Numbered from the stretch's first letter, positions 25,975-37,190 are shown. The stretch is 55,802 nucleotides of DNA from an uncultured Alcanivoracaceae bacterium (GCA_964456185.1 CAYVZZ010000002.1:1-55802), one strand, 5' to 3'. Numbers and translations: made by a program. The notes: a model not told the origin generated them from the letters alone.

Positions 25975-27213
25975 TCACACCTTGCGGAAAATCAGGCTGG
26001 CGTTGGTGCCACCGAAGCCAAATGAATTGGACATGACAACGTCGATTGAGCGCTGTTGTGCCGCATTGGGCACCAGATTCAACCCGTCGCAGCTTTCATC
26101 CGGCTGCTGCAGGTTAATCGTGGGCGGTGCTACCTGATCACGAATCGCTAACAACGAGAAGATGGATTCCACCACACCGGCCGCGCCCAGCAGGTGACCA
26201 ATCATGCTCTTGGTCGAGCTAATGGCCAATTGGCCAGCACTGTCACCGAAGACCTGTTTAATGGCTTGTGCTTCGGCTATATCACCGGCGGGGGTAGAGG
26301 TCCCGTGAGCATTGATGTAATCGACCTGATCGGCGGTAATGTTGGCATGCTGTAGTGCCGCCTGCATGGCTGCGGCTGCACCCATACCACCTTCTGAGGG
26401 GGCAGTAATGTGGTAGGCATCGTCAGTCATGCCGACGCCTAACAACTCACCATAAATTTGGGCACCGCGCGTCTTGGCGTGCTCGTAGCTTTCCAGCACC
26501 ACCACACCGGCACCGTCGGATAGTACAAAGCCATCACGCCCTGCATCCCAAGGGCGGCTGGCCTCTTCGGGCGCTTCATTTCGGGTGGACAAGGCACGTG
26601 CGGCACCAAAGCCACTAATACCTAATGGGCTGGCGGCATATTCTGACCCACCTGCCAGCATCACATCGGCCTGACCGAGCATAATCTGTTGGGCGGCCAC
26701 GACGATGTTGTGTGCCCCCGTGGTACAGGCTGACACGACGCCAAAATTAGGCCCTTTAAGACCAAAACGTATCGCCAAATGACCGGCGACCATATTGACG
26801 ATGCTGCCCGGCACAAAGAAAGGCGATACCTTGCGAGGCCCGCCTTTTAATAGCTTGGCATAATTGTTTTCAATGTTGGAAAGACCGCCAATACCAGAGC
26901 CAATGGTTGCCCCTATGCGATGAGCGTTCTCATCATTAATGGTAAGGCCTGCATCTTCCAACGCTTGCACACCAGCAGCGACGCCGTATTGCACAAAGCC
27001 ATCCATGCGCCTGGCCTCTTTACGCGACATGTACGCACTGACATCGAAATGGGGCACCATACCGGCAATTTGCGTACCGTAATCGCTAACATCGAAATGC
27101 TCGATGCGTCGAATACCACTTTTACCGGCCAAAATGCCTTGCCAGGTTTCGTCGACATTGCTGCCCAGCGGAGTGAGCATGCCAAGGCCGGTTACTACCA
27201 CGCGGTTTGTCAT
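25975..27213 (-). CDS. fabF: 3-oxoacyl-ACP synthase II
   Basis: 412 aa; active-site [20 protein letters not shown]. Confidence 0.95.
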   Translation of the reverse strand: MTNRVVVTGLGMLTPLGSNVDETWQGILAGKSGIRRIEHFDVSDYGTQIAGMVPHFDVSAYMSRKEARRMDGFVQYGVAAGVQALEDAGLTINDENAHRIGATIGSGIGGLSNIENNYAKLLKGGPRKVSPFFVPGSIVNMVAGHLAIRFGLKGPNFGVVSACTTGAHNIVVAAQQIMLGQADVMLAGGSEYAASPLGISGFGAARALSTRNEAPEEASRPWDAGRDGFVLSDGAGVVVLESYEHAKTRGAQIYGELLGVGMTDDAYHITAPSEGGMGAAAAMQAALQHANITADQVDYINAHGTSTPAGDIAEAQAIKQVFGDSAGQLAISSTKSMIGHLLGAAGVVESIFSLLAIRDQVAPPTINLQQPDESCDGLNLVPNAAQQRSIDVVMSNSFGFGGTNASLIFRKV

Positions 27214-27334
27214 TTGCTACTCCACAGGCTTGCCATTAACACGGCGACTGTTCGCTTTTGCATTTGCTGTGCCCCCATAAAAGCAAAAGTAAGAAAGCCT
27301 AAATTGTAAAGGTCTAGTGATACCACAGATACCA

Positions 27335-27373
27335 CAAAAAAACCGCAAACCCTGCTAACAGAATCTGCGGTTT
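27335..27373 (-). terminator. Terminator/attenuator after acpP
   Basis: Minus strand AAACCGCA...TGCGGTTT followed by a T-run. Confidence 0.6.
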
Positions 27374-27397
27374 GCCATCGCTCTAGAGCGGGCGGTG

Positions 27398-27634
27398 TCA
27401 GTCGGTGTGCGCCTTGACGTAGTCAATAGCAGACTGAACCGTGTTGATCTTTTCGGCTTCCTCGTCGGGAATCTCGGTTTCGAACTCTTCTTCCAGAGCC
27501 ATGACCAATTCGACTGTGTCCAGCGAGTCAGCGCCTAGATCTTCAACAAAGGAAGACTCGGGTTTGACATCTTCTTCTTTTACACCAAGTTGCTCAACAA
27601 TAATCTTGGTGACTCGCTCTTCAATGTTACTCAT
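27398..27634 (-). CDS. acpP: Acyl carrier protein
   Basis: [18 protein letters not shown]...[32 protein letters not shown] before ATG 27634. Confidence 0.97.
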   Translation of the reverse strand: MSNIEERVTKIIVEQLGVKEEDVKPESSFVEDLGADSLDTVELVMALEEEFETEIPDEEAEKINTVQSAIDYVKAHTD

Positions 27635-27744
27635 GATGGTCTTTTTCTCCTTGTGTTGGTGCTTTAGCACCTGAGGTTCGGCTATTCTAGGTGAACTTCA
27701 ATCGCCCATGCAAGCCGAGTTTGTCACAAAATCCCACGTCTTGG

Positions 27745-28476
27745 CTAGGAGGTATACAACCCGCCATTGACATGCAGCGTGGTGCCGGTGATATAAGCGG
27801 CCTTATCAGATGCCAAAAATGCCACGGCATTGGCGATATCGTCCGCTTGTCCCAGGCGACCCAGCGGGATTTGTCCCACCAAAGCCGTTTGCTGCTCTTC
27901 CGGCAAATCGCGGGTCATATCGGTCTCTATAAAGCCCGGCGCCACCGCGTTAACCGTTATGTTACGGCTGCCAACTTCGCGTGCCAAGCTGCGCGTGAAG
28001 GCTTCCAGCCCACCCTTAGCAGCGGCGTAGTTGCACTGCCCGGCATTGCCCAGCTGCGACACCACCGAGCTAATGCTGATAATACGCCCGCGGCGCGCTT
28101 TCATCATGCCTTTCAAGCAAGCACGCGCCAAACGGTAAGCCGAGGTGAGGTTGGTGTTAATCACCTCCTGCCATTGCTCGGGTTTCATGCGCAGCATGAG
28201 GTTGTCGCGGGTGATTGCAGCATTGTTGACCAGCAAGACTGGCGCACCCAGCTTTTCTTTGAGCTGTGCCATGGCTTCTTTAACCGAATCGTCATCGGCC
28301 ACATTAAGCACCAAACCTACACCACCGTTAGGTGCCAAGCGTTCGTTAATGGCGGCTGCACCGTCGGGCGTGGTCGCCGTGCCGGCAACACGCCAGCCTT
28401 CATCAGCCAGCCGTTCAGCAATAGCGCGACCAATGCCGCGAGAGGCGCCGGTCACTAACGCAATGGATTCACTCAT
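27745..28476 (-). CDS. fabG: 3-oxoacyl-ACP reductase
   Basis: 243 aa SDR; TGASRGIG, NNAG-like, YxxxK (YAAAK). Confidence 0.95.
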   Translation of the reverse strand: MSESIALVTGASRGIGRAIAERLADEGWRVAGTATTPDGAAAINERLAPNGGVGLVLNVADDDSVKEAMAQLKEKLGAPVLLVNNAAITRDNLMLRMKPEQWQEVINTNLTSAYRLARACLKGMMKARRGRIISISSVVSQLGNAGQCNYAAAKGGLEAFTRSLAREVGSRNITVNAVAPGFIETDMTRDLPEEQQTALVGQIPLGRLGQADDIANAVAFLASDKAAYITGTTLHVNGGLYTS

Positions 28477-28491
28477 ATTGTTTCCTTTTTA

Positions 28492-29439
28492 TTATTGATC
28501 GTCTTCGCCAAACAAGGCTTTTTGGAAAGCATCTTTGGTGCCAAGAGGAGCGCAAGGCAAGGATTTATCAATGCGTCGAACCAGACCACCCAACACGCGT
28601 CCGGGGCCACACTCATAGAGCGCACCGACGTTTTCTTCTGCCAATTTTTGCACCACTTCTACCCAGCGCACTGGCTGATACAGCTGACGAATCAGGGCAT
28701 CGCGAATTTGATCCGGGTCGGTTTCGATGGCCACATCAACATTATTGACCACGGGGATCTCGGCGTTGTTGAAGTTAATGTCCTTTAAGGCCTCGGCCAG
28801 TTGATCGGCAGCGGGTTTCATCAAGGCACAATGTGACGGCACCGATACAGCCAGCGGCAAAGCACGCTTGGCACCGGCTTCTTTACAGGCATCACACGCA
28901 CGCTGCAAGGCGCTTTTATCACCGGCGATGACCACCTGCCCCGGCGAATTAAAGTTTACCGCCGACACCACCTCGCCCTGTGCGGCGGCTTCACAGGCGG
29001 CAACTACTTTGTCATCGGCCAAGCCGATGATAGCGGCCATGCCACCCTGCCCGGCCGGAACGGCTTGTTGCATCAGCTCGCCACGCTTTTTCACGAGGCG
29101 CGCGGCATCACCCAAAATCAGCACACCGGCACAACACAATGCCGAGTATTCACCCAGGCTATGCCCCGCAAAGATTCGCGGACGTTTGCGCGGGTGCATG
29201 CCGCCCTTTTGCTGCCACAAGCGCCACAGCGCCACACTGGCCGCCAACAAGGCCGGTTGGGTTTTGTCGGTTTCGTTGAGGCGTTCGGCAGGGCCTTCTT
29301 GAATCAATTCCCAGAGGTCATAGCCCACCGCACCCGAGGCTTCGTTGAATACCTGACGTACGGTTATCTCGTCGGCAAAGTCGGCCAGCATGCCGACTTT
29401 TTGTGCTCCCTGTCCGGGAAAGACAAAGGCTTTTTTCAT
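28492..29439 (-). CDS. fabD: Malonyl CoA-ACP transacylase
   Basis: FVFPGQGAQ and GHSLGEYSAL motifs. Confidence 0.95.
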   Translation of the reverse strand: MKKAFVFPGQGAQKVGMLADFADEITVRQVFNEASGAVGYDLWELIQEGPAERLNETDKTQPALLAASVALWRLWQQKGGMHPRKRPRIFAGHSLGEYSALCCAGVLILGDAARLVKKRGELMQQAVPAGQGGMAAIIGLADDKVVAACEAAAQGEVVSAVNFNSPGQVVIAGDKSALQRACDACKEAGAKRALPLAVSVPSHCALMKPAADQLAEALKDINFNNAEIPVVNNVDVAIETDPDQIRDALIRQLYQPVRWVEVVQKLAEENVGALYECGPGRVLGGLVRRIDKSLPCAPLGTKDAFQKALFGEDDQ

Positions 29440-30449
29440 TGTGTTTCTTCTCCTGTTTCTAGCGCTTGACCGATGAGCGCGGGCAAATCCCGCTGCGCCT
29501 CACGCAAGGCCACTTCCAGCGCATTAAGAAAACCGTTAATGCCGGTACCGCCGTGACTTTTCACGACGATACCGTTTAGCCCCAGCAAACTGGCACCATT
29601 GTATGTTTCCGGGTCGAGCTGTTGCTTTAGGCCAGTAAGTAATGGCAAAGCGGCCAAGGCGGACAATTTACGCCCCAGCCCACCGGCGGCTTGTTGCTGC
29701 AAAATGTGCTTCACCAAGTCGGCCACGCCTTCCATGGTCTTTAGAGCGACATTGCCCACGAAACCATCACACACCACCACATCGGCCTCATCACAGAAAA
29801 TGCCGTTGCCCTCGATATAGCCTACATAATTTAGCTTGGAGGCTTCGAGCAGTTTGGCGGCCGCCTTGATGTCGTCACTGCCTTTAATGGCTTCTTCGCC
29901 AATGTTAAGCAGCGCAACACGCGGATTATCGCGGCCTTCCACGCGCGCCATGGCCGCCCCCATGGTGGCAAATTGCAGTAGCTGCTCGCTATCGGCCTCG
30001 ACGTTAGCACCTAGGTCAAGCATGTAACAGCAGCCATTTTGGGTTGGGATAGCGGTGCAGATGGCAGGGCGACTAATGGCAGGAAGGGTTTTCAGCACAA
30101 AATGTGACATGGCCATTAAAGCGCCCGTGTTTCCTGCACTGACCGCCGCGTGCGCTTTGCCTTCTTTAACCAGATTGATAGACAACCGCATGGAGGAATG
30201 TTTTTTGGTGCGCAAAGCAACAGTGACCGGATCACTGCCTTTGACCACTTCGTTAGCGGGATGCACGCATACACGTTCATGGCCACGAATGCCGTTTTTT
30301 TCCAAGGCAACCGCTAGCGCTTCTGGGCGGCCAACTAAAATCACCTTCACATCAGCATGGCGCTTTAATAGTTGCGCCACGGCAGGCACCGTCATGGCAC
30401 AGCCCTGGTCGCCACCCATCACATCAACGGAAAGTGTTACTGCTGTCAT
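29436..30449 (-). CDS. plsX: Phosphate acyltransferase
   Basis: 337 aa; VDVMGGD, position between rpmF and fabD. Confidence 0.92.
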   Translation of the reverse strand: MTAVTLSVDVMGGDQGCAMTVPAVAQLLKRHADVKVILVGRPEALAVALEKNGIRGHERVCVHPANEVVKGSDPVTVALRTKKHSSMRLSINLVKEGKAHAAVSAGNTGALMAMSHFVLKTLPAISRPAICTAIPTQNGCCYMLDLGANVEADSEQLLQFATMGAAMARVEGRDNPRVALLNIGEEAIKGSDDIKAAAKLLEASKLNYVGYIEGNGIFCDEADVVVCDGFVGNVALKTMEGVADLVKHILQQQAAGGLGRKLSALAALPLLTGLKQQLDPETYNGASLLGLNGIVVKSHGGTGINGFLNALEVALREAQRDLPALIGQALETGEETQ

Positions 30450-30486
30450 CTATCCTTGTCCCCAACTCGAGTGCGGACATAATGCC

Positions 30487-30518
30487 AGAAAAAAATAACC
30501 CCGAGAAATCCCGGGGTC
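30487..30518 (-). terminator. Hairpin/attenuator after rpmF
   Basis: Minus strand ACCCCGGGATTTCTCGGGGT followed by TATTTTTTT. Confidence 0.55.
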
Positions 30519-30544
30519 ATTAAATAGGCGTTGGTGACGATTAT

Positions 30545-30736
30545 TTACTCGTCATCGAACTCGTCGTCGGTTTTGATCACTTGACGACCACGATAAAAAC
30601 CATCGGGGCTGATGTGGTGACGACGGTGAACTTCACCTGTGGTTGCGTCTTCAGTCAAAGCCGGGTTCGACAAGGCATCGTGTGCCCGACGCATGCCACG
30701 CTTGGAACGGGTTTTACGGTTCTGTTGAACTGCCAT
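30545..30736 (-). CDS. rpmF: 50S ribosomal protein L32
   Basis: [22 protein letters not shown]. Confidence 0.97.
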   Translation of the reverse strand: MAVQQNRKTRSKRGMRRAHDALSNPALTEDATTGEVHRRHHISPDGFYRGRQVIKTDDEFDDE

Positions 30737-30763
30737 GATAATGCTCCTGTCGGCCGGTTATGA

Positions 30764-31273
30764 TTACGGTTTTTTCAGCTTGGCCAAGACTGAAAAAGGG
30801 TTGTCTTTAGGTGTTTCATCGGCAGCCGTATCGTCATCGGATAAATCTGCCGGTGGTTGACAGTGGTCATGTAATGCCACTATCGGCAATGCCAGAAGAA
30901 TCTCTTCTTCCAGCAAGCTTGCTGTTTCTATCGGCTCGCCATCGGTAATCCAAGCTTCCAGCCCGTGAGGCAATTGCTTGGCGTCGTCTTCACTCCAAAC
31001 GACTGCCAAATTAACCTCGACTTCAACCTGCTGTGTTACCGGTTCAAGGCAACGCTGGCAAGTCATGACAACAGGTGCCAACACTTCGCCGGTAATACGC
31101 CGACGTTGTTGTTCGTCGCGCCAAAAGTGTAGCGCGGTGGTCACCTGCTTACCGGGTTCGGCAAATTCAGCCAAACGCGGTAACTGGTCGATTGCGATAA
31201 AGCCGTCAACCTCGCCGCCTACATCGGTTAACTTGCGTAGGTCGAGATAACGCGGCAATGGCCGTTCAAACAT
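30764..31273 (-). CDS. yceD: YceD (DUF177) ribosome-maturation factor
   Basis: 169 aa; CQRCLEP motif, position upstream of rpmF. Confidence 0.85.
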   Translation of the reverse strand: MFERPLPRYLDLRKLTDVGGEVDGFIAIDQLPRLAEFAEPGKQVTTALHFWRDEQQRRRITGEVLAPVVMTCQRCLEPVTQQVEVEVNLAVVWSEDDAKQLPHGLEAWITDGEPIETASLLEEEILLALPIVALHDHCQPPADLSDDDTAADETPKDNPFSVLAKLKKP

Positions 31274-31285
31274 AGGCGCGAAATT

Positions 31286-31891
31286 CTAAACACTTGCCTT
31301 GCTAGTGTCAAAAGGCAATGTCACTCCGACATTAGCCAGCATATCGATCAGTGCCATTAATGGCAGGCCAATCAGCGTGTTGGGGTCGCGCCCTTCCATG
31401 GCATTAAAAAGCGTTATGCCAAGCCCTTCGGATTTAAAGCTACCTGCGCAGTTAAGCGGCTGCTCAAGCGTCACATAGTGTTGAATCTGTTCACGAGTGA
31501 GCGAACGAAAGTGTACCGTGTAGGTTTCGCAAAGGCTCTGCTTCCGCCCATTGCTGCTGTCTAACAAACACAGGCCGGTTTTAAATTGAACGCTTTTGCC
31601 GCTCATCCCTTGGAGCTGCTCGATAGCACGCGCTTCATTTCCCGGCTTACCCAGTGGTTGCCCCTGCGGCCCGACGGCTACCTGATCCGAACCGATAATA
31701 AGCGCATCCGAATAATGGCTTGCCAAGGCGGCGGCTTTGGCACACGCCAAACGCTCTACCAGCTGACTGGGTGTTTCGCCAGCCTGCGGGGTTTCATCAA
31801 TATCTGGACTAGCGTGCTCAAATGGCAGCCGCAGTTTCTTTAATAGCTCTCGTCGGAAAGGCGACGAAGAGGCCAGCACCAATGTTTTCAT
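31286..31891 (-). CDS. maf: Maf-like nucleoside triphosphate pyrophosphatase (YceF type)
   Basis: LVLASSSPFRRELL...GSDQV...KSEGLG pattern. Confidence 0.85.
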   Translation of the reverse strand: MKTLVLASSSPFRRELLKKLRLPFEHASPDIDETPQAGETPSQLVERLACAKAAALASHYSDALIIGSDQVAVGPQGQPLGKPGNEARAIEQLQGMSGKSVQFKTGLCLLDSSNGRKQSLCETYTVHFRSLTREQIQHYVTLEQPLNCAGSFKSEGLGITLFNAMEGRDPNTLIGLPLMALIDMLANVGVTLPFDTSKASV

Positions 31892-31900
31892 AACGCTGCC

Positions 31901-32869
31901 TTAGCGGATACTGAAATCGGTATCGCGCGCACCCAGCCCAACGGCCTGCGTCACACTTTGGCCAATGCTGGCACCAAAGCGCTTTAGCAGGCCTGCCATG
32001 GGATTGGGTCGCACGGTGAAATCGACAATATGCTCACCGCCTGTGAGCTGGCGAGCCACAGTGCGCGGGCTACCCAGTCCATCGATCAGCCCCAGCTTGA
32101 GCGCTTTCTCGCCGGTCCAGAAGAGACCCGAGAAGAGTTCGGGATGCCCTTTCACTTTCAACCGATCGCCGCGCCCTTCTTTGACCGCGGTAATAAATTG
32201 CTGATGAATCACATCCAGCATTTGTTGAATATACTGTTTTTGCTCGTCGGTCATGGGCTGGAAGGGATCCAAAATGGCTTTATTGTCGCCCGCCGTCATC
32301 ACGCGACGCTGCACGCCCAGCTTATGCAGGGCTTTGGTAAAGCCAAAGCTTTTCATGATGACGCCAATAGAGCCGACGATGCTGGCACGATCGGCATAGA
32401 TTTCGTCGGCCGCCGCCGCAATGTAATAAGCGCCCGATGCGCCCATATCGGTAATCACCGCCACCACCTTCTTGTCGGGGTGCTGCTCTTTCAAATAGTT
32501 AATGGCACGATACACTTGGCCGGCTTGTACTGGCGAGCCGCCGGGACTGTTGATTTTCAGCATAACGATTTTGCCATCGGCGGCAAAAGCATCTTCCAGC
32601 CCATCAATAATGGCGTCGGCATTAGCCGGTTTGCTGGCCGCAATCACACCATTAATCGCCACCTGGGCGACTACCGGCCCGTCTTCTACGCTGGGCGCAT
32701 GGGTACCCGCTGGCCAAAACAGCCATAACACCAGTGCGGTATAGGCCGCAAACAAGAGTTTGAAGAAAATTGCCCAGCGCTGCTGTCGGCGTTGGTTACG
32801 GTTATTTTCCAGTACCAGTTTCTCGATCAACTCCCAGCTTTTGCGGGATTTTGGGTCCAACTCACTCAT
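31901..32869 (-). CDS. S49-family signal peptide peptidase (SppA/SohB-like)
   Basis: 322 aa; N-terminal TM, INSPGGS, MGASGAYYIA, GSIGV. Confidence 0.85.
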   Translation of the reverse strand: MSELDPKSRKSWELIEKLVLENNRNQRRQQRWAIFFKLLFAAYTALVLWLFWPAGTHAPSVEDGPVVAQVAINGVIAASKPANADAIIDGLEDAFAADGKIVMLKINSPGGSPVQAGQVYRAINYLKEQHPDKKVVAVITDMGASGAYYIAAAADEIYADRASIVGSIGVIMKSFGFTKALHKLGVQRRVMTAGDNKAILDPFQPMTDEQKQYIQQMLDVIHQQFITAVKEGRGDRLKVKGHPELFSGLFWTGEKALKLGLIDGLGSPRTVARQLTGGEHIVDFTVRPNPMAGLLKRFGASIGQSVTQAVGLGARDTDFSIR

Positions 32870-32883
32870 GATGTGTCACTTTT

Positions 32884-33852
32884 TCATTTAGATTGGGTTT
32901 GGCGCAGGCAAGCCAGCGCTTGTTCAAAATCATCATCCAGGGGCGCGCGCACGTCCAGTCGTTTGCCGGTAACCGGATGCCGAAAAGCCAGCTGGCGCGC
33001 ATGCAAACATAAGCGTTTAACACCCTGGTCGGCCATCCACTGGTTATCTTTTTCCGTGCCGTATTTATCATCACCATACAGCGGAAAACCGCCATATTGC
33101 GCATGCACCCGAATCTGGTGAGTACGCCCGGTGGCCAACTGCGCTTCCAGCCATTCGCCACGAGCAAAGCGCTCTTGCAAGCGGAAATAGGTGAGCGCCT
33201 GCTTTCCCTCACGGGACACCCGCACGATACGCTCTTGGCCGTGATGCGTCTTTAACAAGGGCGCATCCACATCGCGCTTGCCGCCTTTAAAGCCGCGGCA
33301 CAGCAACCAATAGCGCTTTTCAATACCGCCATCCTGCATTAGCCGCTGCAAACGGCGCAATAACGATCGCCGACGCGCCACCATAATGCAACCCGAGGTG
33401 CCGCGATCCAGCCGATGCACCAGCTCTAGCTGTTTCTCTTCAGGGTGCAGGCTACGCAGGGTTTCAATTAGCCCCAAGCTAATGCCGCTACCGCCGTGTA
33501 CGGCCAAACCGGCCGGTTTGTTGTAAATCCACAATTGGTCGTCTTCGTAAATACGACTGCGCGATAGCCGCTCGGCCAACGCTTTGCTCACCGGCGCCGG
33601 TTTGCCCCGCTCGGCCACACGGATTGGCGGAATACGCACCACATCATCGGCCTCCAGACGACGCTTCGGTTTGCAACGGCCTTTGTTAACGCGCACTTCG
33701 CCAGAACGAATAATGCGGTAAATGTGCGACTTCGGCACGCCTTTAAGCTGCGACATCAGGAAGTTATCCAGCCGCTGTTTGGCGCGTCCCGCGTCGATGG
33801 TGATGTAAGTCACCTGGCGACCCACTTGCTGATGTTGACTACCTTTTGACAT
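32884..33852 (-). CDS. rluC: 23S rRNA pseudouridine synthase C
   Basis: S4 domain plus HRLDRGTSG catalytic motif. Divergent from rne, as in E. coli and Pseudomonas. Confidence 0.9.
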   Translation of the reverse strand: MSKGSQHQQVGRQVTYITIDAGRAKQRLDNFLMSQLKGVPKSHIYRIIRSGEVRVNKGRCKPKRRLEADDVVRIPPIRVAERGKPAPVSKALAERLSRSRIYEDDQLWIYNKPAGLAVHGGSGISLGLIETLRSLHPEEKQLELVHRLDRGTSGCIMVARRRSLLRRLQRLMQDGGIEKRYWLLCRGFKGGKRDVDAPLLKTHHGQERIVRVSREGKQALTYFRLQERFARGEWLEAQLATGRTHQIRVHAQYGGFPLYGDDKYGTEKDNQWMADQGVKRLCLHARQLAFRHPVTGKRLDVRAPLDDDFEQALACLRQTQSK

Positions 33853-34249
33853 GAAAAACCGATCTGCCTGAGAACAATGCCCAATTGAGGGCGCTCATGA
33901 TGACAAAAACCCCGTGCGCATGAAAGACAATAATTGTGTATAAGGTCAACAACTGCTATATTCCCTATGTGTATTTATCCCGCTTCTGCGACGCGCAGCG
34001 ATCATTCGACAGAAGCAAATGGAAAACGCACACCAATGCTTGAATCGATATTGCTGGCACATTAACAATTGCCACCAATATCACTGCAAGAGCCATACAA
34101 AAAAGCGCCTTGCAGCTGACTCGCAAATTACTGCGAATACAGCACTGAATTAACCGGTGTTGCCCAAATATTGGGCAATATATTGACATCGGTAGCACGC
34201 TTTGCACTCGAGACAACATTAGGCTCTCCCACACAAAAGATCGCGCCCC

Positions 34250-34451
34250 TGCACTACAAACGCAAAAAAAGGGCGCTCGGAGTAGCCAGACAGAATATGC
34301 GACAGCCCTCTAACCGGGCTGTCTGCCGGCGCACCTTAAAACCGGCCGCAACCATGACATTTCTGGCCGACATCCGTGCCAGCTTGTTAATACGTTCCTG
34401 TCTGCCGTTTTCGGCGAGGCAAGCGGAGCTACCATTAACTATGGTACTCCC
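34250..34451 (+). promoter_or_regulatory. Structured rne 5' leader (possible autoregulatory element)
   Basis: The rluC-rne intergenic region is 599 bp. Hairpin GACAGCCC-tctaacc-GGGCTGTC at 34301-34323 and further GC stems lie just upstream of the rne ATG, which has no obvious SD. E. coli rne is known to use a structured leader. Confidence 0.35.
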
Positions 34452-37190
34452 ATGAAAAGAATGCTCATCAACGCCGCGCATCCTGAAGAGATCCGCGTGG
34501 CTATGGTCGATGGCCAAAAGCTTTATGATTTGGACATCGAACGTCGCACTCGCCAACAAAAAAAATCCAACATCTACAAGGGTCGCATTACGCGCATTGA
34601 ACCGTCGCTAGAGGCGGCATTTGTCGATTTTGGTGTTGATCGTCACGGCTTCCTGCCACTCAAAGAAATCTCGCGCGAATACTTCAGTAAAGACCCGCGT
34701 GACATTCAGGGTCGCATCAAGATCAAAGAAGTGATGAAGGAAGGCCAGCAGGTCATCGTGCAGGTCAACAAAGACGAGCGCGGCAACAAAGGCGCGGCAC
34801 TCACCACTTTTATCAGCCTCGCTGGTCGTTACCTGGTGCTGATGCCCAACAACCCGCGTGGCGGCGGCATTTCCCGTCGCATTGATGGTGACGACCGCCA
34901 ACAACTCAAAGAAGCGCTACGCCAGCTCAGCATTCCGCAAGATATGAGCGTTATTGTGCGCACAGCCGGCCTGGGGCGTGATGCCGAAGAGCTGCAATGG
35001 GATCTGGATTATCTGTTGAAGATTTGGCGCTCCATTGACGAGGCCGCCCAGCGCCCTGCTCCTTTCCTGATTTATCAGGAATCCAACGTCATCATCCGCA
35101 CCATTCGCGATTACCTGCGCAAAAACATCGGTGAAGTACTTGTCGATGAAAAAGGCACCTTTGATGAAGCCCGGGCATTTGTGCATCAAGTTATGCCCGA
35201 CTTCCACGACAAAATTAAACTGTATGACGACGAGGTACCGCTGTTTTCGCGCTACCAAATCGAGTCACAGATCGAGACCGCCTACGAACGCGAAGCCAAG
35301 CTACCTTCTGGCGGCTCTATTGTCATCGACCCAACAGAAGCCTTAATCTCCATCGATATCAACTCCTCGCGCGCCACCAAAGGGGCTGACATCGAGGAAA
35401 CGGCGTTGCAAACCAACCTTGAAGCCGCCGACGAAATTGCCCGCCAATTGCGCCTGCGTGATATGGGTGGGCTTGTCGTAATTGACTTTATCGACATGAG
35501 CAGTTCACAAAACCAACGTGCGGTGGAAAACCGTGTTCGCGAGGCCCTGTCGGGTGACCGCGCGCGCATCCAAACCGGGCACATTTCCCGCTTTGGTTTA
35601 TTGGAGCTGTCTCGTCAACGCTTGCGTCCCAGCCTCGGCGAAACCACCAGCATTGTATGTCCACGTTGTGACGGCCAAGGCCGCATCCGCGACGTACGCT
35701 CTATTGCGCTATCCTTGTTGCGTCTAGTCGAGGAAGAAGCCCTGAAAGACCGCACCGGCGAGATCCACGCCCAAGTGCCGGTGCCAGTGGCCACTTACCT
35801 GCTCAATGAAAAACGCCAGCCACTTAGCGACATTGAAGTTACACACAAGACGCGTATTTTGATCATCCCCAATCCAAACTTCGACACCCCACATTTCGAA
35901 GTGCAGCGATTGCGTGACGATCAGGTGACACACCAGGTGACCAGCCACAAGCTGGAATTGAGTGAAGGTGTGCCCGATCCGACCTTGGAAGCCGCGCGTG
36001 ACACCAACGTAAAAACTCAGCAAGCTGCGGTAAAACGCATTTTGCCGGAAAGCGCCGCGCCGACGCACCAGGGGCAAGACAACAGCTCTGATAATAAGCA
36101 CCAAGGCGGCTTTTTTGCGCGCATTTCCGAGTGGTTTAGTGGCAAGCCAGCCAACGACGACGGCTCAACCGAGAAGGCGAAAAAGCCACAGCAGTCGCGC
36201 AATAAAAACCGGTCACAAAACAACCGGTCACAGCAAAACCGCAATAAAAACGGTGACTCTCGTCGCAACCGTGGCGGCTCGCGCAACAACACGAAAAACG
36301 GTAAGAACGGGAATAACAAGTCATCGAACAACCGTGGCGGCAATAAAAACCGTTCGTCGAACGACAAGCGCCAGCATAACGACAAGAACGCCAGCAATAA
36401 GTCGTCCAGCAACCGCGGTGGCAACAAGGGCAATCGCAATAACACGCAACAGTCCAAGAACAAACCGCAAAACAACAAAGACAACAACGCATCTAAGCAA
36501 AACGCGCAGAACAAGCCGCCGCAACGTAACCAAGCGTCGGACAACCGGCCAAAGCGCCCTCGTAACCGCCCCGAGCCAAAACCGCAAAGCAGCACACAGC
36601 AGCCAACCGCCAAGAATGACTCAGCGGCCGAGGCCAACGTGAATAAGCCCGCCAACAAGGCACCGACTGCCAATAAGCCATCCGATGATAAGTCGGCGGT
36701 TACCAATGCGCAGCAGCACCAACCGCAGCCTAACAAGGCCAAGGCCGCCCCGGCACAGCGAGCAGGCAACGATCCACGTGCCGGCAATGACCCGCGCAAA
36801 AAGAAGGCGGAAAATACGGCACAGGAAAACAAGCCGAGCAAGGCACCGGCTAATGCCCAAGCGTCCCAGCAAGACGCGCCGGCCAAGCCAACCAACGCGA
36901 CCAAACCCGTGTCTGATCAGGCTAACCAGGCTAAAGACACTGCGCAGGCGGATAAGCCCAGTGCCGATAAAGCAAAAGCGGATGCGCAAAAGAGTGCTCC
37001 CAAGCATGACGGCGCTGCGGCCAAGAAGGCAAACAACGCTGAAATCGCTCCAACACCTGAGAGCACTCAAAAAGCCGAAGCCGTCGCCAAACCTCAGGCT
37101 AACGCTGAGGCCAAGCCTGCGGCAGAGCCAAAAGATGCTGGTGCCGCGTCAGGTGAGCGTGCCTCTAACGATCCACGCGCCAAGCGTTAA
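34452..37190 (+). CDS. rne: Ribonuclease E
   Basis: [30 protein letters not shown]...[21 protein letters not shown] is almost identical in pattern to E. coli Rne. Catalytic half of about 520 aa, CPRCxGxG zinc link, amphipathic [14 protein letters not shown], then a low-complexity C-terminal half of about 380 aa. Confidence 0.95.
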   Translation: MKRMLINAAHPEEIRVAMVDGQKLYDLDIERRTRQQKKSNIYKGRITRIEPSLEAAFVDFGVDRHGFLPLKEISREYFSKDPRDIQGRIKIKEVMKEGQQVIVQVNKDERGNKGAALTTFISLAGRYLVLMPNNPRGGGISRRIDGDDRQQLKEALRQLSIPQDMSVIVRTAGLGRDAEELQWDLDYLLKIWRSIDEAAQRPAPFLIYQESNVIIRTIRDYLRKNIGEVLVDEKGTFDEARAFVHQVMPDFHDKIKLYDDEVPLFSRYQIESQIETAYEREAKLPSGGSIVIDPTEALISIDINSSRATKGADIEETALQTNLEAADEIARQLRLRDMGGLVVIDFIDMSSSQNQRAVENRVREALSGDRARIQTGHISRFGLLELSRQRLRPSLGETTSIVCPRCDGQGRIRDVRSIALSLLRLVEEEALKDRTGEIHAQVPVPVATYLLNEKRQPLSDIEVTHKTRILIIPNPNFDTPHFEVQRLRDDQVTHQVTSHKLELSEGVPDPTLEAARDTNVKTQQAAVKRILPESAAPTHQGQDNSSDNKHQGGFFARISEWFSGKPANDDGSTEKAKKPQQSRNKNRSQNNRSQQNRNKNGDSRRNRGGSRNNTKNGKNGNNKSSNNRGGNKNRSSNDKRQHNDKNASNKSSSNRGGNKGNRNNTQQSKNKPQNNKDNNASKQNAQNKPPQRNQASDNRPKRPRNRPEPKPQSSTQQPTAKNDSAAEANVNKPANKAPTANKPSDDKSAVTNAQQHQPQPNKAKAAPAQRAGNDPRAGNDPRKKKAENTAQENKPSKAPANAQASQQDAPAKPTNATKPVSDQANQAKDTAQADKPSADKAKADAQKSAPKHDGAAAKKANNAEIAPTPESTQKAEAVAKPQANAEAKPAAEPKDAGAASGERASNDPRAKR

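Noticed and set aside
27691-28458. 255-aa plus-strand ORF
   Set aside because: It is antisense to fabG, which has clear SDR motifs.
32030-32728. 232-aa plus-strand ORF
   Set aside because: It is antisense to the S49 peptidase gene.
33965-34234. 89-aa minus-strand ORF in the rluC-rne intergenic region
   Set aside because: It has no RBS, is Cys/Ile-rich with no recognisable fold, and lies in the expected rne promoter/leader DNA.
36017-36904. 295-aa minus-strand ORF rich in L/C/F/G
   Set aside because: It is antisense to the low-complexity tail of rne and is an artefact of the biased codon composition.
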